64,000 nt of DNA, taken from NCBI GenBank assembly GCA_046313635.1, contig JBKBYA010000009.1, forward strand, positions 1 to 64,000, given 5' to 3'. The stretch's first letter is position 1. The number at the start of each line of letters is the position of its first letter. This document shows, piece after piece, positions 38,541-48,470 of the stretch. A model generated the notes under the pieces. It made no database searches, was not told the origin of the DNA, and saw nothing but the letters and a program-made list of their open reading frames with translations. This DNA comes from Pyrinomonadaceae bacterium. GTDB lineage: Bacteria; Acidobacteriota; Blastocatellia; Pyrinomonadales; Pyrinomonadaceae. A program made the position numbers and the translations under genes.

Positions 38541-39037
38541 CGTTAAGAGACGTTCTGCTCGCCCAATTCACGGCCTGCCTTGACGAGAACGGCTGGTTCG
38601 TCGCGCTGAAGAACGCGCTTGCCGGGCTCAGCGCCTGTGAGGCCGCGTGGAAGCCTGACGGCGAAGCCGACAACTCCATTTGGGAAACTCTAAGCCATCT
38701 CAATTACTACAACGGCGCTTACCTCGAGAGGTTTCGCGGCGTGCCGCTCGAGTACGACAAGGCGGACAACGAGGAGACGTTTGAGCAGGCTGAGGACCGA
38801 TCGGAAGAGAAATGGCGCGCCGAGCTCGCGCGCTTTGGCACGGTCATGAGCGGCTGGCGGGACGAGCTTCGACGAGCTGACGACGATAAGCTTTTGGAGC
38901 TCGCGCCGCCGCGCTGCGAATATCCGTGGTACGCGATCATCTCAAGTATCAACACTCACAACGCTCACCATTGCGGGCAGATCGTGCTGCTGAGAAAGCT
39001 GCAGGGCCGATGGGACCGCACGCAGGGCGTCTCGTAA
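38534..39037 (+). CDS. DinB family protein
   Basis: NSIWE..SHL; HNAHHCGQIVLL. Confidence 0.85.
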   Translation: MVTLRDVLLAQFTACLDENGWFVALKNALAGLSACEAAWKPDGEADNSIWETLSHLNYYNGAYLERFRGVPLEYDKADNEETFEQAEDRSEEKWRAELARFGTVMSGWRDELRRADDDKLLELAPPRCEYPWYAIISSINTHNAHHCGQIVLLRKLQGRWDRTQGVS

Positions 39038-39105
39038 CGCCGACGCCTTTCACGATACCGCTTCGGTTCGACTTTGGCAGGCCGATAGCAGGCCTCAGAT
39101 CTTTC

Positions 39106-40278
39106 TTAGTAGAGAAGCCTGATGCCGCGTCGCAGCTTTGACATGACGTCGCTGCCGGGCTGAGCATTACGCGGCTCGCTCACCGTCGTATTCACAACGA
39201 TGATCGACGCGGTCCGCGCCGCCGGATCAAGGTCGATATAGCTCAAAAACCCGTTCTGGTCGCCGCCGTGGCCGACAAACGTGCGGCCGCCGCGCCTATC
39301 AAGGAAAAAGATCAGGCCGATGTCGGTCGTGAAGCCGCGGTTGCCGTTTGCGTCCGTGTCGGTCTTGAGCTGCGGCCGCCACATCTCCTCGAGCGACGAG
39401 CGCTTTAGCACGCCGTCGTAGATCTCTCGCTTGCTCGCATCGCCGATCAAAAAGTTCAGATACTTCACCATGTCTGTGAGTGGCGAATTGAGGCCGCTGT
39501 TCGAGACGGTGATGCCGGTATCGGCGTCGAATCGGCCTTCGGAACGCTTGCCGTTCTCGATGTAGTACGAGTGTGAGCGGTGCTTGAGCAGGTGATACGG
39601 CGTCGCGTCAAAGTACGAGCGGTGCATCTCGAGCGGCCTCAAAATGTTCTTGTCGACGTAGACCTCGTAATCGTCGCCGGTGAGCTTTTCGATGATGCGG
39701 CTGAGAAAGATTATCCCGGGATTTGAATAGCCGAATCGGCTGCCCGGCTTAAAAAGTATCTCGGTAAACGGCAGCATCGCGACGAGCTGCTCGTAGCGCG
39801 TCGGCTCAAAGGGCTCCCAATCTTTCCCGGCGTCCCACGGCCACGTCGGGTTCCTGAAGCCCGCCGAGTGCGTCATCAGATGGCGGACCGTGATCTCGTC
39901 CATCGAGCCGTACGCGTTGTGTACCTCGCGCAGCTCGGGCAGATACTTCGTTACGGGATCGTCGAGCTTGACGAGGCCGCGATCGCGAAGCTGCATGATC
40001 GCAATGCCGGTGAAGGGCTTTGTATTCGAAGCCCAGTGATAGATCGTGTTCTCGTCGACGGGCTGACCTTTTGCGAGATTTGCGGAGCCGTAATACTCGC
40101 TCGCGACGATCTTGTTGTCTTTGAGAAAAACAAAGCTCCCGCCGACGATACCGGCCCGTGAGAGCTCGTCGCGAAACACCGCCTTAAAGTCCGTGAACCG
40201 TTTGTCCTGAGCGTGCATCATTGCAAAAAGCGTGAGAACGAATACGAATGCGACGAGCGGTCGTGCAGCGAGCTTCAT
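39106..40278 (-). CDS. Serine hydrolase, beta-lactamase/AmpC-like family, exported
   Basis: SxxK (ASNTK), LMTHSAG, YSN, GHGG; signal peptide. Confidence 0.9.
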   Translation of the reverse strand: MKLAARPLVAFVFVLTLFAMMHAQDKRFTDFKAVFRDELSRAGIVGGSFVFLKDNKIVASEYYGSANLAKGQPVDENTIYHWASNTKPFTGIAIMQLRDRGLVKLDDPVTKYLPELREVHNAYGSMDEITVRHLMTHSAGFRNPTWPWDAGKDWEPFEPTRYEQLVAMLPFTEILFKPGSRFGYSNPGIIFLSRIIEKLTGDDYEVYVDKNILRPLEMHRSYFDATPYHLLKHRSHSYYIENGKRSEGRFDADTGITVSNSGLNSPLTDMVKYLNFLIGDASKREIYDGVLKRSSLEEMWRPQLKTDTDANGNRGFTTDIGLIFFLDRRGGRTFVGHGGDQNGFLSYIDLDPAARTASIIVVNTTVSEPRNAQPGSDVMSKLRRGIRLLY

Positions 40279-40427
40279 GTTGGTCTGCGGGTGTCGCCTC
40301 CGGAATAACTGAAAACTGATAAGTGAAAACTGAGAACGCCGGTGCGACGCGGCGGTGTCGATTATAACCCGCCGCGTGTGACAGGTCGTGTTTTTGGCAC
40401 GCGGCGAACTATAATGTCACTTTCCAT

Positions 40428-42320
40428 ATGAGTGTTTACGAAGGACTATCCGAGAGCCAGCAGTTTGCCTGCCGCGTGATCGCCGACCATGCGCGGTCGA
40501 CGGCGTTTGCGATCGCCGACGGCATCTTGCCGGGCAACGAGGGCCGCAATTACGTTTTGCGCAAGATAATGCGCCGCGCGATCTACCACGGCCGCGAGCA
40601 CCTCGGATTCAAAGAACCGTTCTTTTACAAGGTCTGCGACTTTGTTATCGACCAGATGCACCAGGCTTACCCGGAACTCGAGGCGCAGCGCGAATTCATC
40701 GGCAAGATGGTGCGGCTCGAGGAGGAGCGGTTTGCCAACACTTTGACCGTCGGCCTGGGCAAGCTCGACGAGCTCAAAATCGCGTCCGATACGCCGGCGA
40801 ACGAGCTCTTTACGAGCGTCGCCAAGCTCTACGACACCTACGGCACGCCGCGCGACCTGATCCGCGTTTATCTCGAAGAGAAGGGTCTCGTCTTTGAAGA
40901 GGACGAGTTCAATCAAAATTTCGAATCCGCGCTGCAAGAGCTGCAAAAGCAGTCCGGCATCGGCCAGACCGAGCGCAAGGCGCAGATCTCGCCGATCTAT
41001 GCCGAGCTGCTCGAGCGTATCGGCGCAAACAAGTTTCACGGCTACGACACGACGCAGCTCGAGGGAGCACGCGTCGCGGCGATACTCGACGGCGACAAGC
41101 CGATCGACACGCTGAGCGAGGGCCGCCAGGCGAGCGTCATCCTTGACGAGACGCCATTTTACCCCGAATCGGGCGGTCAGGTCGGCGATACCGGAAAGAT
41201 CGTTTCGGCCGAAGCGACGCTCAGAGTGTCAGACACGTACTCGCCTCTGCAGGGACTGATCATTCACAAGGTGACGGCCGAAAAAGGCTCGATCCGCGTC
41301 GGCGACGAGGTCGTCGCGACCGTCGACGCCGAAAAGCGCGACGCCACGCGGCGCAACCACACGGCCACGCACCTAGTCCACGCCGCGCTCAAAGAGGTCC
41401 TCGGCTCGCACGTCAAACAGGCCGGCTCGGTCGTCGCGCCGCAGTTTCTGCGGTTCGACTTTACGCATTACCAGCCGATGACCGCCGACGAGCTTCGCGA
41501 GGTCGAAGATCTGGTCAACCGGTACATTCTCGAGAATCATCCCGTCAACACCACGATGATGGCGATCGAAGACGCGATGCGCAGCGGCGCCGTCGCGCTC
41601 TTTGGCGAGAAGTACGGATCGGAAGTGCGCGTCTTGAGCGTCGGCGGCGGAGAATTTTCAAAAGAGCTCTGCGGCGGCACGCACGTGCGGGCGACCGGCG
41701 ATATCGGCTGCTTCAAAATTACGGCTGACGAGGCTATCGCGTCCGGAGTTCGGCGCATCAGGGCGATCACGGGGCTCGACGCCTTTGAACGTTTCCGCGA
41801 GGACGAGCGGCTGATCGACAGCAGCCTCGCCGTGCTCAAGACGCAGCGAGACCAGCTGCCGAACGCGATCGAGCGGCTGCAGGACGAACTCAAGCGGACG
41901 CGTCGCGAGATCGAGGAGCTCAAACTCAAGATCGCGACCGGCGCGGCCGGCAACGGTTCGGCGGGCGGAGCCGACGAGATAACAGAGATCGCCGGCGTAA
42001 AGGTGCTGGCCAAAACGGTCGAGGGTCTCGACGCCAACGGCACGCGGCAGCTCTCCGATACCTTGCTCGCGAGGCTCAAGTCCGGCGTCGTCGTACTCGG
42101 CCGCAAGGACGACGGCAAGGTCGGCATCATCGTTCGCGTCTCGGACGATCTCACAGGCAAGGTAAAGGCCGGCAGCGTCATCAAAGAGATCGCCCCGATC
42201 GTCGGCGGTAAGGGCGGCGGCAAGCCCGACATGGCCGAGGGCGGCGGCAATTTGCCCGAAAAGCTTCCAGAAGCGATCGACGCGAGTTTGAGAATTATCG
42301 AAGATCTTCTGACCTCGTGA
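40428..42320 (+). CDS. alaS: Alanyl-tRNA synthetase C-terminal portion (tRNA-recognition, editing and C-Ala domains; no aminoacylation domain)
   Basis: Begins at RVIADH...GNEGRNYVLRKIMRRA; LYDTYG, TPFYPESGGQVGD, NHTATH, ELCGGTH, GGKGGG; 630 aa; in-frame TAA at 40365. Confidence 0.9.
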   Translation: MSVYEGLSESQQFACRVIADHARSTAFAIADGILPGNEGRNYVLRKIMRRAIYHGREHLGFKEPFFYKVCDFVIDQMHQAYPELEAQREFIGKMVRLEEERFANTLTVGLGKLDELKIASDTPANELFTSVAKLYDTYGTPRDLIRVYLEEKGLVFEEDEFNQNFESALQELQKQSGIGQTERKAQISPIYAELLERIGANKFHGYDTTQLEGARVAAILDGDKPIDTLSEGRQASVILDETPFYPESGGQVGDTGKIVSAEATLRVSDTYSPLQGLIIHKVTAEKGSIRVGDEVVATVDAEKRDATRRNHTATHLVHAALKEVLGSHVKQAGSVVAPQFLRFDFTHYQPMTADELREVEDLVNRYILENHPVNTTMMAIEDAMRSGAVALFGEKYGSEVRVLSVGGGEFSKELCGGTHVRATGDIGCFKITADEAIASGVRRIRAITGLDAFERFREDERLIDSSLAVLKTQRDQLPNAIERLQDELKRTRREIEELKLKIATGAAGNGSAGGADEITEIAGVKVLAKTVEGLDANGTRQLSDTLLARLKSGVVVLGRKDDGKVGIIVRVSDDLTGKVKAGSVIKEIAPIVGGKGGGKPDMAEGGGNLPEKLPEAIDASLRIIEDLLTS

Positions 42321-42461
42321 GAGGTTGGTAACGATGGTCTCGTTATGTGAGCACCGCGGATCTCCGGCTTGTGTCACACATGCCGGGCCCGCGGTGTTTC
42401 TCGTTGGCAGGCGGCCGATGCCCGGCACGGCGCCCCGCCGGAGCGCGATGCGAGCCTCAGC

Positions 42462-43712
42462 CTAGACTGCCGCGACAAATTGACTCACTCCGCTCACAAG
42501 GCGGTCCACCTCGTCGCTTGTCGTATAGACCGAGCACCCTGCACGAACAAACCCCTGCTTCGCCGCGCCGAATCTCTCGAGAACGGTGGCCGCATAAAAA
42601 TTCCCGTGCGACACAAAAACGCCGCGTTCGGCGAGGAAGCGGCTCACGTCGCTCGACGCGTGATCGCCGACAGTAAAGGATACGAGCGAGGTCCGCAGAG
42701 TGTCCCAATGCGGGCCGTAGAGACGCACGCCGTCGATCGCCGAGAGGCCTTTCCACAGGCGCTCGGTGAGAGCGATGTCACGATGGTGCATCGCGGCAAA
42801 GGCGTTCGCGATCCGCTCGCGGCGCGATCCGTCAGGGCCGCCGAGCGAGGCGATAAAGTCGACGGCCGCGGCGGCCCCGACGATCGCTTCGTGACTGAGC
42901 GTGCCGGTCTCGGCGCGTTCCGGCGCGTTGTCGGGCGCGGGCCGCAGCTTTGGAAAGTCGATCGTCTCGAGCAACTCCCTACGGCCGTACATAATGCCGA
43001 TGTGCGGCCCGTAAAATTTGTAGGCCGAGCAGGCGAGAAAGTCGCAGCCCAGGTCTTTCACGTCGATCAGGTTGTGCGGCGCGAAATGCACCGCGTCGAC
43101 AAAGACGAGTGCCCGCGGCGCGTGCTCGCGAACGATCTCGACGACCTGCTTTACATCGGTGATCGTGCCGATGGCATTCGACGCCGCGCCGACGGCGACA
43201 AGTCTCGTGCGCTCATTCAGCAGTGTGGGAAGCTTGTCGAGCTCGAGCCGGCAGGTCTCGGTGCTCATCGGCAAGGTGACGAGCCTCATGCCGCGGTCCT
43301 TTACGAGCGAGGCCCACGTGTCGACATTTGCGTGGTGATCGAGCTCGGTAACGACGATCTCGTCGCCCCCCTCAAATCGCCGCCCGAGAGAGCGTGCGAG
43401 ATGAAACGCGAGCGTCGTCATATTTTGCCCAAATACGACCTCGTCCGCCGCGCAGTTAAAAAAGTCGGCAAAGGCCGCGCGCGACTCCGCGATCAAACGG
43501 TCGGTCTCGTCACTTGTCGGGTAGCCCCAATGCGTGTTGGCGTTGTGGTTAAAGAGATAGTCGTTCATCAGCTCGACAACGACGCGCGGCACCTGCGTGC
43601 CGCCGGGCCCGTCAAAGTACGCGACCGGTGAGCCGTTGTGCACGCGCCGAAGCGCCGGAAAGTGCGAGCGGATCTCTTCTGTCGAGATCGATGTGTCTGG
43701 TCGCGGCTGCAT
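42462..43712 (-). CDS. Cysteine desulfurase-like class V aminotransferase
   Basis: YFDGPGGTQVP, LDHHAN, VDAVH, CSAYKFYGPH, ETGT. Confidence 0.9.
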   Translation of the reverse strand: MQPRPDTSISTEEIRSHFPALRRVHNGSPVAYFDGPGGTQVPRVVVELMNDYLFNHNANTHWGYPTSDETDRLIAESRAAFADFFNCAADEVVFGQNMTTLAFHLARSLGRRFEGGDEIVVTELDHHANVDTWASLVKDRGMRLVTLPMSTETCRLELDKLPTLLNERTRLVAVGAASNAIGTITDVKQVVEIVREHAPRALVFVDAVHFAPHNLIDVKDLGCDFLACSAYKFYGPHIGIMYGRRELLETIDFPKLRPAPDNAPERAETGTLSHEAIVGAAAAVDFIASLGGPDGSRRERIANAFAAMHHRDIALTERLWKGLSAIDGVRLYGPHWDTLRTSLVSFTVGDHASSDVSRFLAERGVFVSHGNFYAATVLERFGAAKQGFVRAGCSVYTTSDEVDRLVSGVSQFVAAV

Positions 43713-43781
43713 AAAAATGGGTAAAGCGAACGCTTACGATCACTTTACCCGAATGGAGGTGCGCCTGAAAAAGGTGCGGCG

Positions 43782-44783
43782 TTACGCCGATGCCGAGACG
43801 CCGCGCGGGGCGATCGAGATCGAGATCTCGTCGGCCTCGGAGGCGCCCTCATCCGTCCCGCTCTGGATGGTCACGAGCGCGACCGACGCGACGACAAATC
43901 CCGCGCCGACGATCATCTGTCCCGTCAGCGTCTCGCCGGCGACGAGCCAGCCGAGGATCACCGCGACGACCGGATTGACGTAGGCGTACGTCGCCACCAT
44001 CGACGGCCGCGCGTTCTTGAGCAGCCAGCTGTACGCCGTAAAGCCGATCAGCGAGCCAAAGATGAGCAGGTAAACAAGCGCGAACCACGAGTTGGCCGAC
44101 ACCTGCTCGAGAGAGAAGCCCGACCATTCGCCCTTCGGCACGCTCGCGAGCATCAGTACCGCTCCGCCAGAGAGCATCTGCATCCCGGCCGTAAGCAGCG
44201 ACGACTTGGGCACAGGCGCCTTGAGGCCGTAGATCGAGCCCGCGGCCCACGACAGCGTCGCGATCATGATCGCCAAGACCGCAGCGTACTGATAGAAGGT
44301 CCCGGCCTCCGCGTGGCCGCCGGCCTGCCCGCCGACGAGCAGGACAACGCCGATAAATCCGATCGCCAGTCCGGCGACGACGCGGCGCGACGGCCGGCCG
44401 TGCCGCAGCCACAGCCAGCTCAGAATGACGATCCAAAACGGCTCGGTCGCGACAAGCAGCGCCGCGAGACTTGACGAAATATACTTTTCGGCAAAGACGA
44501 CTCCGCCGTTGCCGCCGAGCAGCAGCAGCGTGCCGACGATCAGGCTCGTCCGCCATTGCCGCCACGTCGGCATCTCAAAGTCCTTTGACCTGAGCGCGAT
44601 GAGAAACAGCACGGCGCCCGCAAACGTAAAGCGCATTCCAGCCATGATGAATGGCGGCAGCGTCTCGATCGCGTACTTGATCGCGAGATACGTCGAGCCC
44701 CAAAAAATGTAAACGGCCGCGAAGGCCGCGATCAGGACCGCAAGACTGCGGCGGTCCGTGGCTTTCAATGTTCCCAAGCTCAT
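43782..44783 (-). CDS. EamA/DMT family transporter (YedA-like)
   Basis: VY..WGSTY, GGNG, TYAYVNPVVA; ~10 TM. Confidence 0.92.
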   Translation of the reverse strand: MSLGTLKATDRRSLAVLIAAFAAVYIFWGSTYLAIKYAIETLPPFIMAGMRFTFAGAVLFLIALRSKDFEMPTWRQWRTSLIVGTLLLLGGNGGVVFAEKYISSSLAALLVATEPFWIVILSWLWLRHGRPSRRVVAGLAIGFIGVVLLVGGQAGGHAEAGTFYQYAAVLAIMIATLSWAAGSIYGLKAPVPKSSLLTAGMQMLSGGAVLMLASVPKGEWSGFSLEQVSANSWFALVYLLIFGSLIGFTAYSWLLKNARPSMVATYAYVNPVVAVILGWLVAGETLTGQMIVGAGFVVASVALVTIQSGTDEGASEADEISISIAPRGVSASA

Positions 44784-44784
44784 C

Positions 44785-45276
44785 TCACTTACCTCTGCCC
44801 TTGGCCTTTACTTTCTTTTTGCCGCGGCCGTCGTCGATCGGAACGAGCGTTCCTTCTTTAAATGTCTTGAGCACGACCGTCGTCCTTGTATTCAGCACGT
44901 TCGGTATCGCTTTGATGCGCTCTCTCAGCAGCCGGCCGAGCGAGTCGGTGTCGCACGTTCGGACCTTGATATAAAAGCAATCGTCGCCCGCCACCTCGTG
45001 CACCTCCTGCACCTCGTCGATCGCGGCGAGCTGCTCGCCCACGCCCTCGCCGCACTCGCTCGTTCGGACGGCGATCAGCGCCGTCAGTCCGAGGTCGAGC
45101 GAACGTGCGTCGATGTCGGCCGAGTAGCCGCGGATGACGCCGCGCTCCTCGAGCTTTCTGATCCGCTCGAGCACGGCCGACGGGGCCAGGCCGACCTGCC
45201 GGGCGATCTCGGCGTTGGCCGTCCGCCCGTCGTGCTGAAGGATGTTTAGGATCGTCCTGTCCGTTGCGTCAATCAT
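44785..45276 (-). CDS. Lrp/AsnC family transcriptional regulator
   Basis: IDATDRTIL..LQ.DGR..NAEIARQVGL.PSAVLERIRKLE. Confidence 0.93.
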   Translation of the reverse strand: MIDATDRTILNILQHDGRTANAEIARQVGLAPSAVLERIRKLEERGVIRGYSADIDARSLDLGLTALIAVRTSECGEGVGEQLAAIDEVQEVHEVAGDDCFYIKVRTCDTDSLGRLLRERIKAIPNVLNTRTTVVLKTFKEGTLVPIDDGRGKKKVKAKGRGK

Positions 45277-45297
45277 TCGGTTATACTCGACCATGAC

Positions 45298-45326
45298 AGA
45301 ATAAACGTCAGATATCTGGTTGTCAA
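45298..45326 (-). promoter_or_regulatory. sigma70 promoter of lrp-eamA, with a palindrome in the spacer
   Basis: TTGACA-N17-TATTCT; CAGATATCTG palindrome inside the spacer. Confidence 0.65.
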
Positions 45327-45402
45327 TAAGAATTTTCGTCGGCCGTTCGACGCTCTCGGCGGACTAGGCCGCCCGGTGCTTTCGGCGTTATCATCACCGT
45401 AT

Positions 45403-47124
45403 ATGAACGCGGTTTTGTCCGGTCAAATGGTTCACGACGAGCTCGGCGAGATCGTCTCGTACGATCCCGCGACAGGCGTCGAGATCGGCCGCGTGCCGCA
45501 GACGTCGGCCGAAGATGTGCGTGCCGCCGTCGAGCGTTCGCGCGAGGTCTTTGCCGTTTGGAAGACGACGAGCTTTGCCGACCGCCGCCGCCTCGTGATG
45601 CGTGCGCGCGAGGTGATACTGGCCCAGCTCGACGACATCGCTCGTTTGATCTCGGCCGAATCGGGCAAGCCCTTGGGCGAGGCGATCGCGATGGAGATCG
45701 CTCCGGTGCTCGACCTGATGCAGCACTTCGCGCGGCGGAGCGAGCGGCTTCTGCGGCCGCGGCGGCGCGGCATCGGGCTCTACTCGACGCTCGGCCGCTC
45801 GTCAAAGATCGTCTACCAGCCGCTCGGCGTCGTCGCGATCATCCCGGCGTGGAACTACCCTTTCTCGATCCCGCTCGGCGAAGCGGCGATGGCGCTGATG
45901 GCCGGCAATTCGGTCGTCATCAAGCCGTCAGAGCTGACGCCGCTCGTCGGCCTTTTGATCGGCGAGATCTTTGCAAAGGCAGGAGCACCCGATGATCTGG
46001 TGCAGATCGTCACCGGCGACGGCCGCGCAGGCGCGGCGCTCGTCGACGCGGCGCCCGACAAGATCATGTTCACCGGCTCGGTCGCGACCGGCAAAAAGAT
46101 CGCCGAGGCCGCGGCAAAGAACCTCACGCCCGTCGTGCTCGAGCTCGGCGGCAAGGACGCGATGATCGTCTTTGAAGACGCAAATCTCGAGCTCGCGGCC
46201 GACGCCGCCGTGTGGGGCGCGTTCTGCAACGCCGGGCAGTCGTGCTCGTCGGTCGAGCGGCTCTACGTGCAGGAGTCTGTCGCCGAAAAACTCACTTCGC
46301 TCATCGTCGAAAAAACAAAGCGTCTCACCATCGGCCGCGGCGACCGCGAGGACGTCTCGATCGGCGCGATGTCGTCCGAACGGCAGATAAAGATCGTCGA
46401 GGACCACGTCGAGGACTTTCGCCGCGCGGGAGCGAAAATTCTCACCGGCGGAAAAAGGAACGCGGACGCCCTCGTCCGCATGAGTGCGGAGCACGAAGTC
46501 GGCGGCGGCGGGGAAGCGAGCGGATCAGGGGACGAGACTTCGCGTCCGAAGACGGACGCTCATGCGGACGGGGGCGTCCGCGTTCCTTCATTGTTCTACG
46601 AGCCGACGGTGATCGCAGGAGCGACGAACGAGATGCGCGCGATGCGCGAGGAGACGTTTGGGCCGACGCTGCCGATCGCCACATTCAAGACCGAGGACGA
46701 GGCGATCGCGCTGGCGAACGACTCGGAATTTGGCCTCACCGCAAGCGTCTGGACGCGTGACATCGCGAGAGGCGAGCGAGTCGCCCGGCGGATCGAGGCC
46801 GGCTCGGTCTGCGTCAACGAGGTCCTCTACACCCACGGCATCGGCCAGACGCCGTGGGGCGGATTCAAAAATTCGGGCCGCGGCCGCACGCACGGCGTCG
46901 AGGGCCTGATGGAGCTCGTCCAGCCGCAGCACATCCACGTCAATCGCCTCGCTGTCTTGCCGAATGCGTGGTGGATGCCCTACTCTGCGACGGCCGTCGA
47001 AACGTTTCGCGGTTTTGCGCGTCACTTTGCGACGGGCTCTCTGCGGCGGACGTCGCTTCTATTGCCGCAGCTGGCGCGGCGCATCAATGAGTTGAGAAAG
47101 AATTCAAGATCGGATCGACGCTGA
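45403..47124 (+). CDS. Aldehyde dehydrogenase family protein with an in-frame insertion
   Basis: AWNYP, KPSELTP, FTGS, LELGGK, NAGQSC, EETFGP. Confidence 0.94.
   Translation: MNAVLSGQMVHDELGEIVSYDPATGVEIGRVPQTSAEDVRAAVERSREVFAVWKTTSFADRRRLVMRAREVILAQLDDIARLISAESGKPLGEAIAMEIAPVLDLMQHFARRSERLLRPRRRGIGLYSTLGRSSKIVYQPLGVVAIIPAWNYPFSIPLGEAAMALMAGNSVVIKPSELTPLVGLLIGEIFAKAGAPDDLVQIVTGDGRAGAALVDAAPDKIMFTGSVATGKKIAEAAAKNLTPVVLELGGKDAMIVFEDANLELAADAAVWGAFCNAGQSCSSVERLYVQESVAEKLTSLIVEKTKRLTIGRGDREDVSIGAMSSERQIKIVEDHVEDFRRAGAKILTGGKRNADALVRMSAEHEVGGGGEASGSGDETSRPKTDAHADGGVRVPSLFYEPTVIAGATNEMRAMREETFGPTLPIATFKTEDEAIALANDSEFGLTASVWTRDIARGERVARRIEAGSVCVNEVLYTHGIGQTPWGGFKNSGRGRTHGVEGLMELVQPQHIHVNRLAVLPNAWWMPYSATAVETFRGFARHFATGSLRRTSLLLPQLARRINELRKNSRSDRR
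46455..46588. repeat. REPIN/MITE-like element with 30-bp inverted arms inside the ALDH gene
   Basis: AAGGAACGCGGACGCCCTCGTCCGCATGAG (46455-46484) vs reverse complement of 46559-46588: one mismatch. Confidence 0.9.
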
Positions 47125-47138
47125 GAGAGAAAAAACAG

Positions 47139-47558
47139 TCACTCGGCCGAGACAGATTCCGTTTGCTGCTCGACGGCAGAATTCTCCGGCCGGTAGGTCG
47201 GCACAAAGCGCAGCAAAAAGATGCTCACGCCCGACGCCACTAAAAAGAGGACCAACCGCACCGCGATCGACTCGACAAGCCATATCGAGACCGCGATCGT
47301 CGTCCACAGCACTGCGAGCGCCCGCGTCTTGTGCTTGAGCGTCATTCCGCGGCCCTCTCGATAGTTGCGGATGTACTCGCCAAAGACGCGGTTATCGAGC
47401 AGCCAGCCGTAAAAGCGTTCGTCGCTGCGCGAGTAAAAGTAGGCCGCCGCGAGCAGAAAGACCGTCGTCGGCATCAAAGGCAAAAAGATCCCGACGACGC
47501 CGAGGCCGACGCACATCGTGCCGAGCGTGATGAACGTAGCTTTTTTGACCCTGTTCAT
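47139..47558 (-). CDS. YbaN/DUF454 family membrane protein
   Basis: LG.VGIFLP.MPTT.FLL.AA..Y.RS..RFY.WL. Confidence 0.9.
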   Translation of the reverse strand: MNRVKKATFITLGTMCVGLGVVGIFLPLMPTTVFLLAAAYFYSRSDERFYGWLLDNRVFGEYIRNYREGRGMTLKHKTRALAVLWTTIAVSIWLVESIAVRLVLFLVASGVSIFLLRFVPTYRPENSAVEQQTESVSAE

Positions 47559-47657
47559 TTGTCGAGACCGCAGACCAGAAGACAGATTGTACCAACCAAA
47601 TCCCGGCTAGACAGTTCAACGAGGCGCATCTCGATAAGTTTCCCGTAAAATAGGCCC

Positions 47658-48437
47658 ATGCGATCACAAATGCCGGCGATCTTTTTCGGCCACGGCAATC
47701 CGATGAATGCGCTTGCCGACAACGAATGGACGCGCGGGTGGGCCGAGATCGGGCGTTCGATGCCGCGGCCGCGAGCGATACTGTGCGTCTCGGCGCACTG
47801 GTACATTCCGGGCGTCGCGGTCACGGCGATGGAGCGGCCGCGGACGATACACGATTTTGGCGGATTTCCGCGAGAGCTTTTCGAGGTCGAATATCCCGCG
47901 CCGGGCTCGCCCGAATTGGCGGCCCGAGTGGTCGAGCTTTTGGGCGGCGACGTCGTCGCCGACGACGGCCGCTGGGGCCTCGATCACGGGACGTGGGCCG
48001 TGCTCTGTCACGTCTATCCCGAGGCCGACATTCCGGTCGTGCAGCTCAGCATCGACGAGACGAAGACCGCCGAGTGGCATTACCGGTTTGCAAAGCGACT
48101 CGCTCCGCTCCGCGACGAGGGCGTGCTCGTGGTGGGGAGCGGCGACATCGTTCACAATCTTCATACGTACGCCTGGGGACGCGACGACGTGGAGCCTCTT
48201 GAATGGGCGGTGCGATTTGAGACGCTCGCCCGCGAGCTGATCGAGCGCGGCGAGCACGGGCCGCTCGTCGAATACGAATCGCTCGGCCGCGAGGCTCGGC
48301 TCTCGATACCGACGCCCGATCATTACCTGCCGCTGCTCTACGTGCTCGCGCTGCAGCGCGAGGGCGACGACATAAGTTTTCCGGTCGAGGGCTTTGACGG
48401 CGGATCGGTCTCGATGCTGAGCGTCAGGATCGGGTGA
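47658..48437 (+). CDS. ygiD: 4,5-DOPA dioxygenase extradiol (LigB family)
   Basis: FFGHGNPMNA, SAHW, TIHDFGGFP, WGLDHGTW, PTPDHYLP. Confidence 0.92.
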   Translation: MRSQMPAIFFGHGNPMNALADNEWTRGWAEIGRSMPRPRAILCVSAHWYIPGVAVTAMERPRTIHDFGGFPRELFEVEYPAPGSPELAARVVELLGGDVVADDGRWGLDHGTWAVLCHVYPEADIPVVQLSIDETKTAEWHYRFAKRLAPLRDEGVLVVGSGDIVHNLHTYAWGRDDVEPLEWAVRFETLARELIERGEHGPLVEYESLGREARLSIPTPDHYLPLLYVLALQREGDDISFPVEGFDGGSVSMLSVRIG

Positions 48438-48470
48438 AGTGCGAATGCTCGGCGCCCTGTTTGATCACAA

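Noticed and set aside
39106..40278. Bona fide beta-lactam resistance gene
   Set aside because: SxxK/YxN motifs are shared by many esterases and peptidases; substrate cannot be assigned from sequence.
40394..40410. Sigma-54 promoter from TGGCAC (also at 7746)
   Set aside because: No -12 TTGC at the required spacing.
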